Source: Paecilomyces variotii (lineage: Eukaryota). Taken from it: a stretch of DNA of 64,000 nt. Positions within the stretch are counted from its first letter, which is position 1. Each line of letters opens with the position of its first letter. Positions 35,121 through 48,115 of the stretch are shown here, piece after piece. The stretch lies in NCBI GenBank assembly GCA_004022145.1, contig RCNU01000002.1, one strand, 5' to 3'. The position numbers were made by a program, and so were the translations under genes. The notes under the pieces are model-generated. The model saw only the letters and a program-made list of their open reading frames with translations. It had not been told where the DNA came from and searched no databases.

Positions 35121-37290
35121 AAGGCCAAGCGTCTTGAGGAAGCAGCCAGCAGGGAGGAGGAGGAAGCTGCGCGTAAGCGGGCAAAGGCGACAGAATTGCG
35201 CCATCTCGCAGGGGTTTTCGAGTTATCTATTCGAACAGCGCGGTATTACTTATTACGAGCGGACGTGAAATTTTGAATCCGCCAGACGATGGTTGATGCT
35301 TATGTATGGAAACCATCACTCCTTCTCGCGAACGGGAGTAACTTCTTGCTCACACAAGATCGGATAATGCGAACTCTGACTCGGCGAGGAGAAGTATATG
35401 AGCCGTTTTCCGCTCACTCAAGGAGCACCATCGTCGTTGAATATCTGAACGTCAAGGATATGGATTGGGCAGTCGGATTGATCTACGAAGAAGTCAACAC
35501 GGACAATGATACCAGTGGCTTGTACCTCGTGACGGGCCTTTCGACGATGCATTTCGAAAAAGATAAGATACAAGGATGAGGATCGTATGCTCAGTGCCAT
35601 ACCGTCTCGAATCCGATAGTGTCTGAATCACCTATCTCGCTGCGCCAAGAACAGGCGGAAAAGGTCGCAGCGCACCTTCCATCTCTTTCGTTCTAAAAGA
35701 ACATATATTGACAGGAAAGGAGGATATCCTCCTATTTGGTCTGCCTGGATCTGACAGATCACAAGTGATGCACGACAACGATCTGGAACGAGATGGAAGA
35801 TGTGTTATAGCGCGGCGAATCTTACAGGAAGATTGGATCAATGCCGGTAACTTAACTAAGTAGCATAAGTATCTGGTGGAAACCGTGGACTTAATTTAGA
35901 CAATACTCTCACTTTTTCCTACAGCAATACAACAAGCGTATTATGTACAGTACATTTAAAATAGTTACATGTAATGTATATATGTGATCAGATCAAACAA
36001 TTCAATCGAGATACCCTTTCCTTGAGGAGATCACTGTCCTTCCCACGGCAGAGCTTATTGAACTTATTATTGTTGATATCTACATATTGAAATAAGGATT
36101 ACACCGACTAACGCCACGGATCAACTAATAATACTGCCCGGTCAGGGCATATTTGGTAGTCTCCTGGTAACTACCATCTGAGACAGATATATTCTTCCCG
36201 CAGCAGAACGAACTTATTGAACTCACTGACGCTATCCACAGATTCATTTACTTTGATGACTCGGTTATAGCTACTACTGCAGAGGATACCCTTGTTCTCC
36301 TTCTCTGATATGGGCTGTGAAATGAGTTCTTTCCATGTCACCTGCCAGGTCCTCAGTGGAATGTTGGTGATGGCGAGGAGTTGAGCGGTGATCCTAACCA
36401 ATCAAGGAGGAGGCATCGCTATCCGGGTGGTCACGGACTGCAGGATCGCATTTTAGTCGCATCACATGGACGAGAAGGGGAGGGGAAGGACGAAATGTAA
36501 CTGCTTGAAACCGGATTTTGGAAAAGAATACGCAGTAGTAGTTTTAATTGGTATATATATTTTCACCCTTTGTTGATTCTAATTGTCACCGTTGCGTAGT
36601 GATCCACGCTATCATGTAGTCCATTCTAATGGTTCAGGGGATGGTGGTATCCTAGTCTAATACCTCTGGCGCTGGGAAAAGCAGAATTCCTTTCCTAGGA
36701 ATTCCTCCCCAGTCCAAGACCAGATCCGGCACAGTTGCCGGCAATCTAGCCATCGGGCCACCATATATGGCGGCTCTCTCTTTTCAGAGATGCACATGAA
36801 TCACAGGGATGCCAGGCCGTCGAGAATTCCTCCCAGAGAAACCGCAGTCTCTAATACAAAAAGCTAACCCTCACAATGTTCACAGAACGGCAAAAGCGAG
36901 AGAACGCAAATCAAATGACAAAGAAAATAACCACAAGGAAAGATTCGGTCTGGATGGAAATCAGAGAGTGCGTGTTGATTGACACCGGGAATGAAAAGTC
37001 AGATGCTGCCGGGGAACTTAGAAAGATATAAATGATCGAGTTAACGTTTCGCAAATAGAAGGCAGACTCCAAGATAAAATTTCCCCGTAAAGAAAGAGAA
37101 AGAAAAAAGAAAAAGAAAAAAAAAAAAACGCCAATTAGACCCTCGATTCTCTAAAGGCTGATGCAGGAGGTATCATGATCGTTCGTAAGTCAAAGTCGGC
37201 CGCTGGTTTATTTCAAAGCGTTTCGACAATACTCATGGAAGAGAGACGCACAATAGGCCGGCAAGGAGTTGACGGCTCGTTTAGACTCGA

Positions 37291-38299
37291 TCACCACGGT
37301 CCGACCTTTAGAGGCATTCCGTGACCATATGTCCCAGACAGAAGTTGCTCCCGGATCGATCCAGGATCGGCGTTAGAAGAGCTTCCATGACCCTGAAACC
37401 CAGGGCCGCCCATCCAGCCCAGAATCGAGCTCAGCTCGTTGACTGCATTCTGCAACTTGCCTCCCGAGATCTGGTTGTGTTTGGCCAATTTCTGATCCCA
37501 TCCACCATATTGTAACTGGATCCCACCGCCTCGCTTGGCCGCCTCCCTGATAACCAAGATCCATGCTTTGCACATTTCCTCATACGCGGAATCCTTCTCG
37601 ATGTTATTCTGTGGCGAGCTCCATCTCGGAAGCGAGTGAATGATGTCTGTGGCGCCGTCCAAATAACTGAGTGATGTGGATGCTTGAGATTCGTTTGGAG
37701 GAAGGAAATGGGGTGTAAAATCGCTCAGGGCATCCAACAGGTTGGTGAGATGCTGACGCACCCGATTGTAGGCGTAGTCGGACGTGGGATCGCCACCCAA
37801 CGGGAAAGAGGATCGAAGGGTAGACTGGTAGTTGTTGAGAACGTGAAGCGTAGAGGAGACACTGGGCCGTGGAGCCGTGTGTACAACCTCGTCATTCAGC
37901 TCAGGATGACGCTCGCACATGGAGCGGAGGACGGAGCGTAGAGCATCGGTATCAAGAGTCTCGAGCAGACGGGGAACAGTGAGAGGACGGCCAGACACGT
38001 TGGGCCGGGACCGTTTCATCGGACGATTGGCAAGCAGAGGACGATGGGAAAAGGCAGGCGAGTTGGTCGGGGAGGCGGACATTCGAACATCATGATCGTT
38101 ACTGTCTTCGTCGGCTTTCCGCTTTCGACTGCTTGAGGATTGAGGTGTAGACACTGGAGGGCATCGTCAGCATTTCCTATCTTTGATCAATTCTCAGAAA
38201 AAAAAAATATGGAAAGAACATACTGGAACGAGTGGGAGAGAGACGAGTATGTTCGTAGAAGTGCGGAGGAACAGGAGGCGTAGCCACCAGACTGTTCAT
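37291..38299 (-). CDS. STS1: Nuclear proteasome tethering factor Sts1/Cut8
   Basis: [16 protein letters not shown], intron 38154-38223, then [51 protein letters not shown] and KLAKHN. Confidence 0.92.
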
Positions 38300-38887
38300 C
38301 GTGATGGACGGTGGGTGGAAGGCGAAAACGGGGGACAGGACCAGCTGTGACACCTGCAGAACCCTGTACGGCCGAGGACGAGTGGATGGACGTCTGTGTA
38401 TGTCGATATGATGATGAAGAAGCGAAAAAAAGGGAGAGGCGAGAAGGATGCGGAAGAGAAAGTGGGGAGAGAGGCGGTGGATGAGATGTGGTGATGGAGC
38501 AGCCGTCACCAAAACGAAGGCTCTTTAGCTCCCCTTTAGGTGTTGCGGTAGGCAACGCGCGCCGCCTGTGCACCCTCAGCCCAACGCCTGGCCAGCAAAC
38601 GCCCAAGCACTACGTGGATATTAATATTAATTAATTAATTAACCAACTAATTTAACTAACCTACAGCTCGCTTACGATTCAGACCGTTGGGTTTCCGATC
38701 TGGCCGTTGGACCAGTGGCTAAAATTCTTTCATTCATTCAGAGCTTTTCCTGTTACTGTTAACCGCCTCACAGGTCCTGACCTGCCATGACGCCAAAGCT
38801 ATGCCTTACAAGCACCCACGAGGATCAAACGAGAAAGACAGAAATGTACACAGCACAATAAAGAGATACCAAGAATGTCTCCCAGGC

Positions 38888-41800
38888 TTACAGGTACAGC
38901 GATTGGGCGGCAACGATATCCCTTCTCACCTTGGTGAGCGCCGTCTCGAACTTGTTCTCCAATTCCTCACTGCCCATGACCTTGGCGGCCTGCGCCATCT
39001 GTCTCAGACACTCTTCCAGCCGACGGAACACCCGGATCAAACTGCCTTCGTAGACGTCCGTCATCTTACTGCAGGGTCGTTAGCATCCCGTCCAAACCGA
39101 TGGATCAGTGGGGGGCCACCAAGGGGAACTTACCAGATGTCCGCAAAGGATTTACCGTTGGCCCATTCGTAAATCACCTCCATCAGCTCCCAGTGGAAGC
39201 TCTGTACATACTCGTCCTCGTTAACGGCCAGCTTCGATTCCTGGGAGACCTTGGCGATGATTCTCGCTTGAGCCTGGATCTCCTTGAGCGGGCGGGCCAG
39301 CTCGTCCTTGGTCAGAGCAGGTGTTTCCTTCGTCTTCTCCTCGAAGACGAAGACGCTCAGAACAGCAGCCACCTGCTCCGGCGTGAGTTTGTTGAAGAAA
39401 CCGTTGAACAGGAGCTCACTGAGCATGAGCTCATCGCCGGTGCTGATCTCACACGCAACTCGTGCCTTGAGCTGCACGACTTCCGCCTCGTTGATGAAAC
39501 CGAATCGACGCAGGACACGCTTACGGCACTTGAGCTCGTCAAGCTGCAGGACGGACATCGCATCCGAAATCTTCTTCTTGGTGGCCTTGATCTTGGTTCC
39601 GAGCTCGAGCTTTTTCGCATACTGGTCGTAGAGTTCGGGCAGACGAGGCGAGTTGTGGAGTGGGTTAGCAAGGAGTCGTGACTCGAGAACCTCAATCTTT
39701 CTCAACAGTTTCTTGAACGAATCATCCTTGATCCCCATGTTCTCGATGGGGTCAAGCAGAGCGATCCCATCAGGGAAGCGCTTCTGCACCTCAGCTAGGC
39801 TTTTCCCGACTCCATTTCTCGAGTCCGGAGACTGCAAGTCCTTGGGCAAGAAGATTCTGATATGGGAGATGGCTTTGATGCAGTTCAGCACCACCGGGAC
39901 GACTTCCATGCGAGATTCCTCTCCATCCTCAGGCGGTCTCACTCCCTTAGGAAGATCTTGATGGGTCTTCGTGCCCGAGGTGGTTCCCTTGGCGACTTTG
40001 AGCAGGACATCGACCACGTATCTCTGGTGATCTTCAATCTTCTCTGTCGAATTCTTCGGAGCCCTCCGTTCCTTGTAGTTGACCAGCACACCCCAGCCGA
40101 AGTCGTAGTCACCGTGTTTGATTTGCACGAGTCTTCCGGGCTGAATGAAGGGAAGACAGTAGTTGGGGTGGCTAATAACGTCCTGCATATTCTCCGTGAA
40201 ACCTGCAAGTTGCTTCCGGAGGTCGTAATACTCGCGAATCGTTCCCTCATCTGGGATGTTCATCTCGGCCCGCTGTGCCTCCAGCTCGTGAAGCTCTTTC
40301 TCGAGACCTGCCACGCTCGCGGTGTTCTGGAACTGATAAAAGCATCTCTCGAGCATGAACTCCGGTGAGATGCCTTCCACACGCATGAGATTCAGAATCA
40401 TGTTGTAGCCCAAGTGGAACGCTGAATTCAGTCGGTCCTGTTCGCCCCGGACGATTTCCTTGGCCACTGCTGGGTCCATCTCTTCTCCAACCATCATGAT
40501 AACGATACCACGGTCATCAAGACCTCTTCGACCAGCACGACCAGACATCTGCACGAATTCAGATGGTGTCACCCAACGTTGACTAAACCCGTCGAACTTT
40601 CTCACGCTTGTGAAAACTACTGTCTTAGCCGGCATGTTCAGACCGATGGAGAAAGTTTCTGTGGCGAAAAGGACCTTAATGAGACCTTCCTGGAAAAGAA
40701 TCTCAATGGTCTCTTTGAGAATAGGGAGCAGTCCCGAGTGATGGACGCCGATTCCACGACGGAGCAAAGGCAAAATGTTCTGGATCTGCGGGAGATTCCT
40801 GTCCTCCTCAGACAGCATTTCAATAGCACTGTCGAAAACCTTCGAAACCATCTCCTTCTCCGAATCGTCGTTGAAAGCCAATGAACTCATTTGCAAAGCG
40901 CCGGCTTCGCACTCGCGTTTGCTGAAACTGAAAACGATGACGGGATTGTAGTTCTTTAGCATGATCATTTTCACGATCTTGTAGATGTCCGATGGTCCCT
41001 TGGTGCCGCCCTTGTTCAATTTCTTGTCCTTGCCCTTACCCTTCCGTTTGGCCATGGCATCTGCAGGATCATCACCTTTCTTGCTAGAGATCGAGCTCAT
41101 GGCCTTCTGGAAGTTTTCCTCACGGAAGACGCCCTTTTCGTCGACAATCAGATGGATACCATCAGCACCGGCGGGGAAGAAATAGTGCTGGAGGGGTGTT
41201 GGTCGGAAATCGGTGTACACAACGTGACAAGGCTGATTGTGCATCTTGGTGATCCATTCGGCAAACTGCATAGCGTTCGGAATGGTAGCGGACAGGAAGA
41301 CGTATCGGACCTTATCGGGCAACAAAATGATAGTCTCCTCCCAGACTACACCTCGGGTAGCATCGCGCATATAATGGATCTCATCGAAGACCACCCACGC
41401 AACTTCTCGCATAATCTCAGAGCCGCGATACAACATAGACCGGAGAATCTCTGTCGTCATGACGAGACAAGTAGCTGTTGGGTTGATCGTAACATCACCA
41501 GTCATCAGACCCACGTCGCCAAATTCCGCCGCGAACTCTCGGTATTTCTGATTGCTCAGGGCCTTAATCGGACTCGTATAGATGACTCTCTGGTTGTTCT
41601 TCAAACTTTGCGCAATGGCGTATTCGGCCACCACCGTCTTTCCTGCACTAGTATGGGCCGAAACAAGGACACTCTCTTCTCTCTGGATCGACGCGACCGC
41701 TACCTGCTGGAAGGGATCCAAAGTGAAGGGCCATGTTCTTGCGGGGTTCTCCGGCGGTTTGTGTTGCGAGATAGGCACGTATGGGTAGTTTGGCGGGACG

Positions 41801-42192
41801 GCGACCTGATGGCGGACCTGGTGCGAGAGCACCACCCGTTTTGATGCATCACCGGTTTCTCCAAGACCAGATGCTGCGACTTCACGTTCCTGTTCTGTTT
41901 CGAACGTGTCTGCGACCAGAGGTTCTGCCTCTTGATCGAGACGCTGTCGCTTGGGTTCTGGTTGCCCGTTCTGTGCGCTAGGTGCCTCCGTCATGTCAGT
42001 ATCGGCATCCGCAGCTGGCGGAGCAGACAGCGCTGCCTCGTCCTTCTTCTCTTCCGTTGCACCATTCTCCTTCACATCCCCATTAGCCTGGCGCTTCTTG
42101 GTCTTGTCTTTCTTCGGCCGCGGTCTTTGAACATCGTCCGCAGGCTTCAGTCCTTGAGGCTGGTCCTCAAAGACATCGAAGAGGTCATCCAT
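38888..42192 (-). CDS. MTR4: Ski2-like exosome RNA helicase Mtr4/Dob1
   Basis: [41 protein letters not shown] and [10 protein letters not shown]. Intron 39069-39133; C-terminus [21 protein letters not shown]. Confidence 0.96.
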
Positions 42193-42556
42193 GGTCCACG
42201 AAATCCCTTGACAGGACACGAGGGAGACAGGACGGTGGGGAGGGAGACGCTCTTCGACAAGAAACGGATTCTTCTTTGTCGCGAGAAATTATTTCAAAAG
42301 ACCGTCTGGTATCAGCGGCGCCTCTGATTCGACAGGAGCCCGTAGGCGGGGAAAGGCGGCAAAACTCTGCCAGCAAAGGATCACGTGCGCAGGGACTTCC
42401 GGAAGGCCGTTCAAGCTGCTCGTTCCACTCCTGCTAGATACTCTCTCCATCGTGAAAGTCTCCCGACAACGTTGCTGTCTGCTCTTTCTTCAAGGTCGGT
42501 ATTATTATTAGTTGGAACCAGCTCAATGTCAATTGCTCCTAGCTAATTGACCCAAG

Positions 42557-42921
42557 ATGAACGCCGCTACCGCTATCCGCGCCAGAATGGCCGCCAACCT
42601 CGTCGCCCGCCGTGGCTTCTCTACCACTCGTGCCCAGCTCGCCAGCCCGTACCACTACGCCGAGGGCCCGCGCACTTCCATCCCCTTCAACCCCCTCACT
42701 CGCTTCTTCTGGCTGCGATACTGGGCCTTCATGGGTAAGTAGCCGCCGCATTGTTGCTACGGATCGTGCTACGGATTGGCGGCTGACAATGATAACTCTA
42801 GTTACCGGTTTCGGTACTCCCTTCGCCATTGCTGGTATGCTCCGTCCTCGCTATCACTCTGCATCCTCGTTCAAATCTGACATATATTTCTACAGTTTGG
42901 CAGACTTACAAGACCCGCTAA
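42557..42921 (+). CDS. COX8: Cytochrome c oxidase subunit VIIc (fungal Cox8)
   Basis: Presequence ..ARRGFSTTRA, then YHYAEGPRTSIPF..YWAFM|VTGFGTPFAIA|VWQTYKTR*. Two coding introns, plus a probable 5'-UTR intron 42495-42556. Confidence 0.9.
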
Positions 42922-43348
42922 AGTCCTCGTCGTTGGACTTGGATTCCCCGTCGTGGCTGTCGGAGCGACAGAGATGTAATCGGGAGGCCAATTCTTTGAG
43001 CAACGGGACACCCTGTACAAAGCTAGACAGACACATTGAAATTTATTGGAACGTTGCATCTTTTCCGATGGTCACGGTTTTGCGTAGATCTATGTGTTGG
43101 GTCGGACAGGCGTAGAAACCAGTAACATCTGAAATGTGGATGAAGTCATTGGCCGGAAGCTCACTTTCTCCCGTAAGAAAATTAAAATTTTGGGTCGGAA
43201 TTCTGATATTGAAATCCCCGGGGTCAACGCAACGAGCAAACATTAAATTATCTTTCTGGAGCTCACCCTCCGTTCCAGGAGGCCCGTCTTTCATTTTTGT
43301 AGGTAACTCCTCGTCTGTTCATGGAGGTGGGGTAATCGCTGGTTGAAG

Positions 43349-46300
43349 ATGCGCAACTTGAAAAACGTGCGCCTCGCGGAGGTACAACTCCAAGGCGAAC
43401 TGCCACTGACTGCCACCGCATGGGATGCCGCGTCGGATTCAGTCATCTGTGCATTTGGACCGACGGAAAATAATGCAATCATAGATCTGAGAAGGAAGAG
43501 CCAGGATGCTGAATATTCCGGACCTGTTACTGCGGAGCAGTTTGAGTCGATCGCATCCTGGGATGCGCCATGCCCGCTCCCGGAACTGGCATGCGACCGC
43601 ATACTTTCTCTGCAGTACTTCGCAGACAACCTAACGGCATGTCTGGTACTGGAGGGAGGTGATATTGTCATCGTGCGAGAGGAGCCTCAGCCGGGGGAGG
43701 ACAAGATCGAGATTGTGGGCTCCGTTGATGTTGGAATCACCGCTGCGGCATGGTCGCCTGATGAGGAACTTCTGGCCATCACTACAAGAGCGAATACTTT
43801 CTTATACATGACCAGGGAGTTTGAGAATGTTGTCCTGGTTGAGCTTACAGCCGACGACCTCAAGATTTCCCGTCATGTCTCGGTTGGTTGGGGAAAGAAA
43901 GAGACGCAGTTCCAAGGAAAGAGAGCGAAAGCTATGCGAGATCCAACCATGCCTGAGAAGGTGGACGAGGGAAAGCTAAGCAGTAATGACGATGGCAGAA
44001 CGACTATCAGCTGGAGAGGAGATGGAGCCTTTGTTGCTGTGAACAGCATCGAGACCGGCGTCCGAAGAGTTATCAGAGTCTTTTCAAGAGAAGGAACGCT
44101 GGACAGTGTCAGCGAGCCAGTAGATGGCCTTGAGGGTGCTTTGAGCTGGAAACCAGCAGGGAATTTGATTGCTGGTATCCAGAGACTTGACGATCGGGTT
44201 GATGTCGTGTTCTTCGAGAGAAACGGGCTACGACATGGCCAGTTCACCCTGCGTCTCACTGTGGAAGAGCGAGCAACATGGGCATCAGATATCTCCTTGT
44301 CATGGAATATTGATTCCACTGTACTCGCAGTCTGGTTCAAGGATAGGCTGCAACTGTGGACTATGGGCAACTATCACTACTATCTAAAACAGGAAATACC
44401 CATCGTGACAAACCCAGACTTCCCCTCTCTGTTCTCTTTCAGGTGGCACCAGGAAAAGGCACTGCGTTTTGTGGCTGGTTCAGCAGGTACGTTATGTTGT
44501 CCCTGGCCTTTGAGTGTCTAGATGGCTCATGAGAAGTAGGCTCAATCCTCGATATGGACTTCGTCTTCGATGTTTCTCACGGTTCTACTGTGAGCCCTCA
44601 CGATACCGGTGCGGTTGGCGTCATCGACGGAAGTATGTGTCTTCTCCGATTCCTACATATAATTGCTCTAACTAGTGTACAGAGGTGTTGAAATTGACCC
44701 CCTTGAGACTGGCGGGTGTACCACCCCCCATGGCTCATTGTGAGATCACCGTTGACTCCAATATTGTCGACGTCTCATTCAGCCAGACGGGTACAAGAAT
44801 CGCTGTCCTTACCAGGGAGAGTTTCTCTGTTTTCATATGGTCGCTCAAGAGTCGGCCTGTTCCAGCTCCCTTATTGGAATCAAGCTATCCGCTACCGGAA
44901 GACCCTGAGAGTCGACCGCGCCAGATCGCCTTCCTAAAGGAGAATGAGGTGTACATCCTGGTCCACAAATCACCCTATGAAGCCGAAATTGAGAGAACTA
45001 CACTTGAGACTCGTGTGACCAAGGTTGTACACCAGGCGTCAGGGTCAGAGCAACTGCGATCGATATTCTCAAGCCTCGGACACGATAAACTCTGGTTTTC
45101 TCATACTATACAGCCAAACACACCGGTCTCTTATTCTACTATTAACGTGTCACCTGATGACAATGTTGACGTGGGTGCGTGGAATGGCAGCCCGGGGTCG
45201 GATACTTTTTGGGCGAAAGCGATACACATCCCTGACGATGAGGTATGACCAACCCCTACTATGGCAGCGAATGGCACTGATAATGAGCAGGATATTCTCG
45301 TTACCATGTCTAGGACAGGCTCTCTCTACGCCAACAAGCGCCTCCTCGCGAAGAACTGCACATCCTTTGATATTACGCCTGCGCATATCATCTTTACGAC
45401 TACCCAGCACCTCATCAAATTTGTTCACATTACCAGTGTTGAAGGTGACGATCTCTTACCTTTAAATACAGAGTCACAGAAGCTAATGTATTGCAGAAAT
45501 CGAAGTGCCTGGTGACACTCCTGAGACCGATGAACGCTGTAGGAGTATCGAGCGTGGATCCCGCCTGGTCACAGTGATGCCGTCAACCTTTGCCGTCACA
45601 CTTCAAGCGCCCCGAGGTAATATTGAGACTATCTATCCTCGTGCTCTTGTTCTGGCCGGTATTCGACACTTTATCGACAGAAAGGATTACCGTTCTGCGT
45701 TCCTTGCCTGCCGAAGCCAGATGGTCGACATGAACATCCTCCACGACTATAATCCCGACCAGTTCATGCAGAACATAATTCTGTTCGTGGATCAGATCAA
45801 GAAAGTCGAATGGATCGACGAGTTCCTCTCTCGTCTAAAGTACGTTAATCTAATATCCTATGCCGGGGAACCTGCTCACCGTCTATTGCCAGGGAGGAAG
45901 ACGTGTCTCAAACCTTGTATAAGGATACCTTGAAGATATCCAAAGTCGAAGCACAAGAACAGGCCCAGCTGCCTGGCGGAGCTCCATCAAAGCCGCAGAC
46001 GAAGTCAACCAAGGAGAACAAAGTCAACCGTATCTGCGATGCCTTTTTGGAAGCTCTCAAGAACAGAATCGCAACCAACTTGCAAAATCTGATCACAGCG
46101 CATGTATGCAAGTTGCCACCCGACATCGAGTCTGGCTTGCAGCTTGTTGCTCGTCTCAGAGGTATACTCCCTTAATTTGCATTCCTGTGAAATTTGCACT
46201 AACAATCTTATGTAGAAGAAAGCCAAGAGCAAGCAGAGGAGGCTATAGAGCATATGTGTTTCTTAACTGACGCCAACCACCTGTATGGTTACGCTCTCGG

Positions 46301-47775
46301 TCTTTACGACTTAGAGCTCACTTTGTTGGTGGCTCAGCAGGCGCAGAGAGTAAGTACAGCGGGGACTTTTCTGTAAGATGGACTCTAATCGGTTCGTAGG
46401 ATCCCCGAGAATATCTCCCCTTCCTTCGCAAGCTGCAGGAGCTGCCTGAACTGCGGCGACGCTTTGAGATCGACAACTACCTCGGAAGATTTTCGAAGGC
46501 GTTGACGCATCTTCACGCTCTCAAAGAGCACGAGGAACTCAAGCTCTATGCCATCAAGCACACGCTGTACAAGGAGGCACTCGAGTTGTACAAGTACCAG
46601 CCAGAGCAGCTGCGGGAGATGACCCAAGCCTACGCAGATTATCTTTACGACCAATCGAATTACAAAGAAGCAGCCATCGGTAGGTTTCAGCTCTGAAACG
46701 ATACAACCCTCGATATCAACTAGATCTAACTCAACAAACTCCAGCTTATGAATCCCTTGGCCTATACGAATCGGCCTACAAATGCTACCATCTTGCTCAC
46801 CGCTGGCGGGAATCCCTGTACTGCGCGCTTATGGTCCCCCTACCGGAGGAGGAACTGAAAGATCTGACCATCACCCTCGCCACGACATTGACCGAGGAAA
46901 CTCGCGACTACGTTTCAGCAGCACAAATCTACGCCGAACACCTCCACGATATCCCTACCGCAGCCCGTCTGCTTTGCCGTGGCTCACGCTTCGCCGATGC
47001 TTCTCGCCTGCTTGTCCTGAACGGTCATAAATCGCTCGTCGAAGACATCGTCGACACCGGTCTAGCCGACGCAATGAGCTCGACCACCGACCTCCTCGCC
47101 GACTGCAAAGCCCAACTAAACGCACAGGTCCCTCGCATCCGCGAACTGCGCGAGCGCCGCGCCAACGACCCTCTCGCCTTCTACGGCGGCGACCCTACCA
47201 TGGAAGGCGCCGCAGCAGACATCCCCGACAACGTCTCCCTCGCACCCACAGACGCCTCCACAGCTGCAGGCCGCACCATGTTCACCAGATACACCGGCGG
47301 CACCGTCAATTCTCGCAAGACGTCCCGAACGCGTCGTAAGGAAGAGCGCAAACGCGCCAGCGGCAAGAAAGGCACCGTCTACGAGGAAGAGTACCTAGTC
47401 AACAGCGTCCGTCGACTCATCGAGCGTGTCAACTCCTCGATCGACGAGGTGCAGTCGCTATCTGAAGCTCTTCTCCGTCGTGGAATGAGAGAGCGGGCTC
47501 ATGCGGTGGAAAAGGCCCTGCGGGAAGTATTGAACATGTGCTCTGAGTGTCGAGATGAGGTGTTCGAGATTCCGGTCCAACCGACGGGGCAGCAGCAGCA
47601 GCAGCAGCAGCAGACGGATGGGGAAGATGGAAATAACCGGCCGGTCGTCGAGGAGATCCCGCGGCCGTTGGGCGGCCAGGGTGTTCTCTGGGATTCTATG
47701 CATGGTGTTGGAGTCGGTTCTAAGGGAAGAGATGCGCCTCTAGTGAAAGAGTTCAAGGGATTGGCGCTGCTGTAG
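43349..47775 (+). CDS. ELP1: Elongator complex protein 1 (Iki3/Elp1)
   Basis: MRNLKNV, AAAWSPDEELLA, VSVGWGKKETQFQGKRAK, ISWRGDG, FFERNGLRHGQF, NYHYYLKQ, RSIERGS, QAPRGNIETIYPR, and basic RRKEERKRASGKKGTVYEEEYLVNS. Eight GT-AG introns. Confidence 0.96.
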
Positions 47776-48115
47776 GGAGAAATAAAAATATACTTGGTCT
47801 GTTGGTGTTTATTTTTGATATATGGATCAATGCATGCATCGTTTGAGGCTGGTTTCTGAATACATCAAATATTACCTCTGCCAGCTCTGCTGCGTATATG
47901 TGTAGTCATGCAGAAGTGTTTAGTAATGAGGCAGGACATTATAACGGGTATCTTTGTGCGATCTATTATCATGCCTTAAAACTATACAGGCTGTCGTACT
48001 CCAGTCAATCACACGTCGCGTATCGCATATGATAAATGTTCAATCTGGTACTTTCCTTTTCCCTTCGCTTTTTTTTTCTTTCGTTTCCCGATGTTGAATC
48101 TCGAGTTATCATTAC

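Noticed and set aside
36171-36430. Minus-strand 76-aa ORF at the right flank of the mosaic
   Set aside because: No recognisable motif; cannot distinguish a decayed gene from random sequence.
39100-42327. Long + strand ORFs (e.g. 193 aa, 230 aa) opposite MTR4
   Set aside because: Antisense shadows of a codon-biased gene with no independent protein features.
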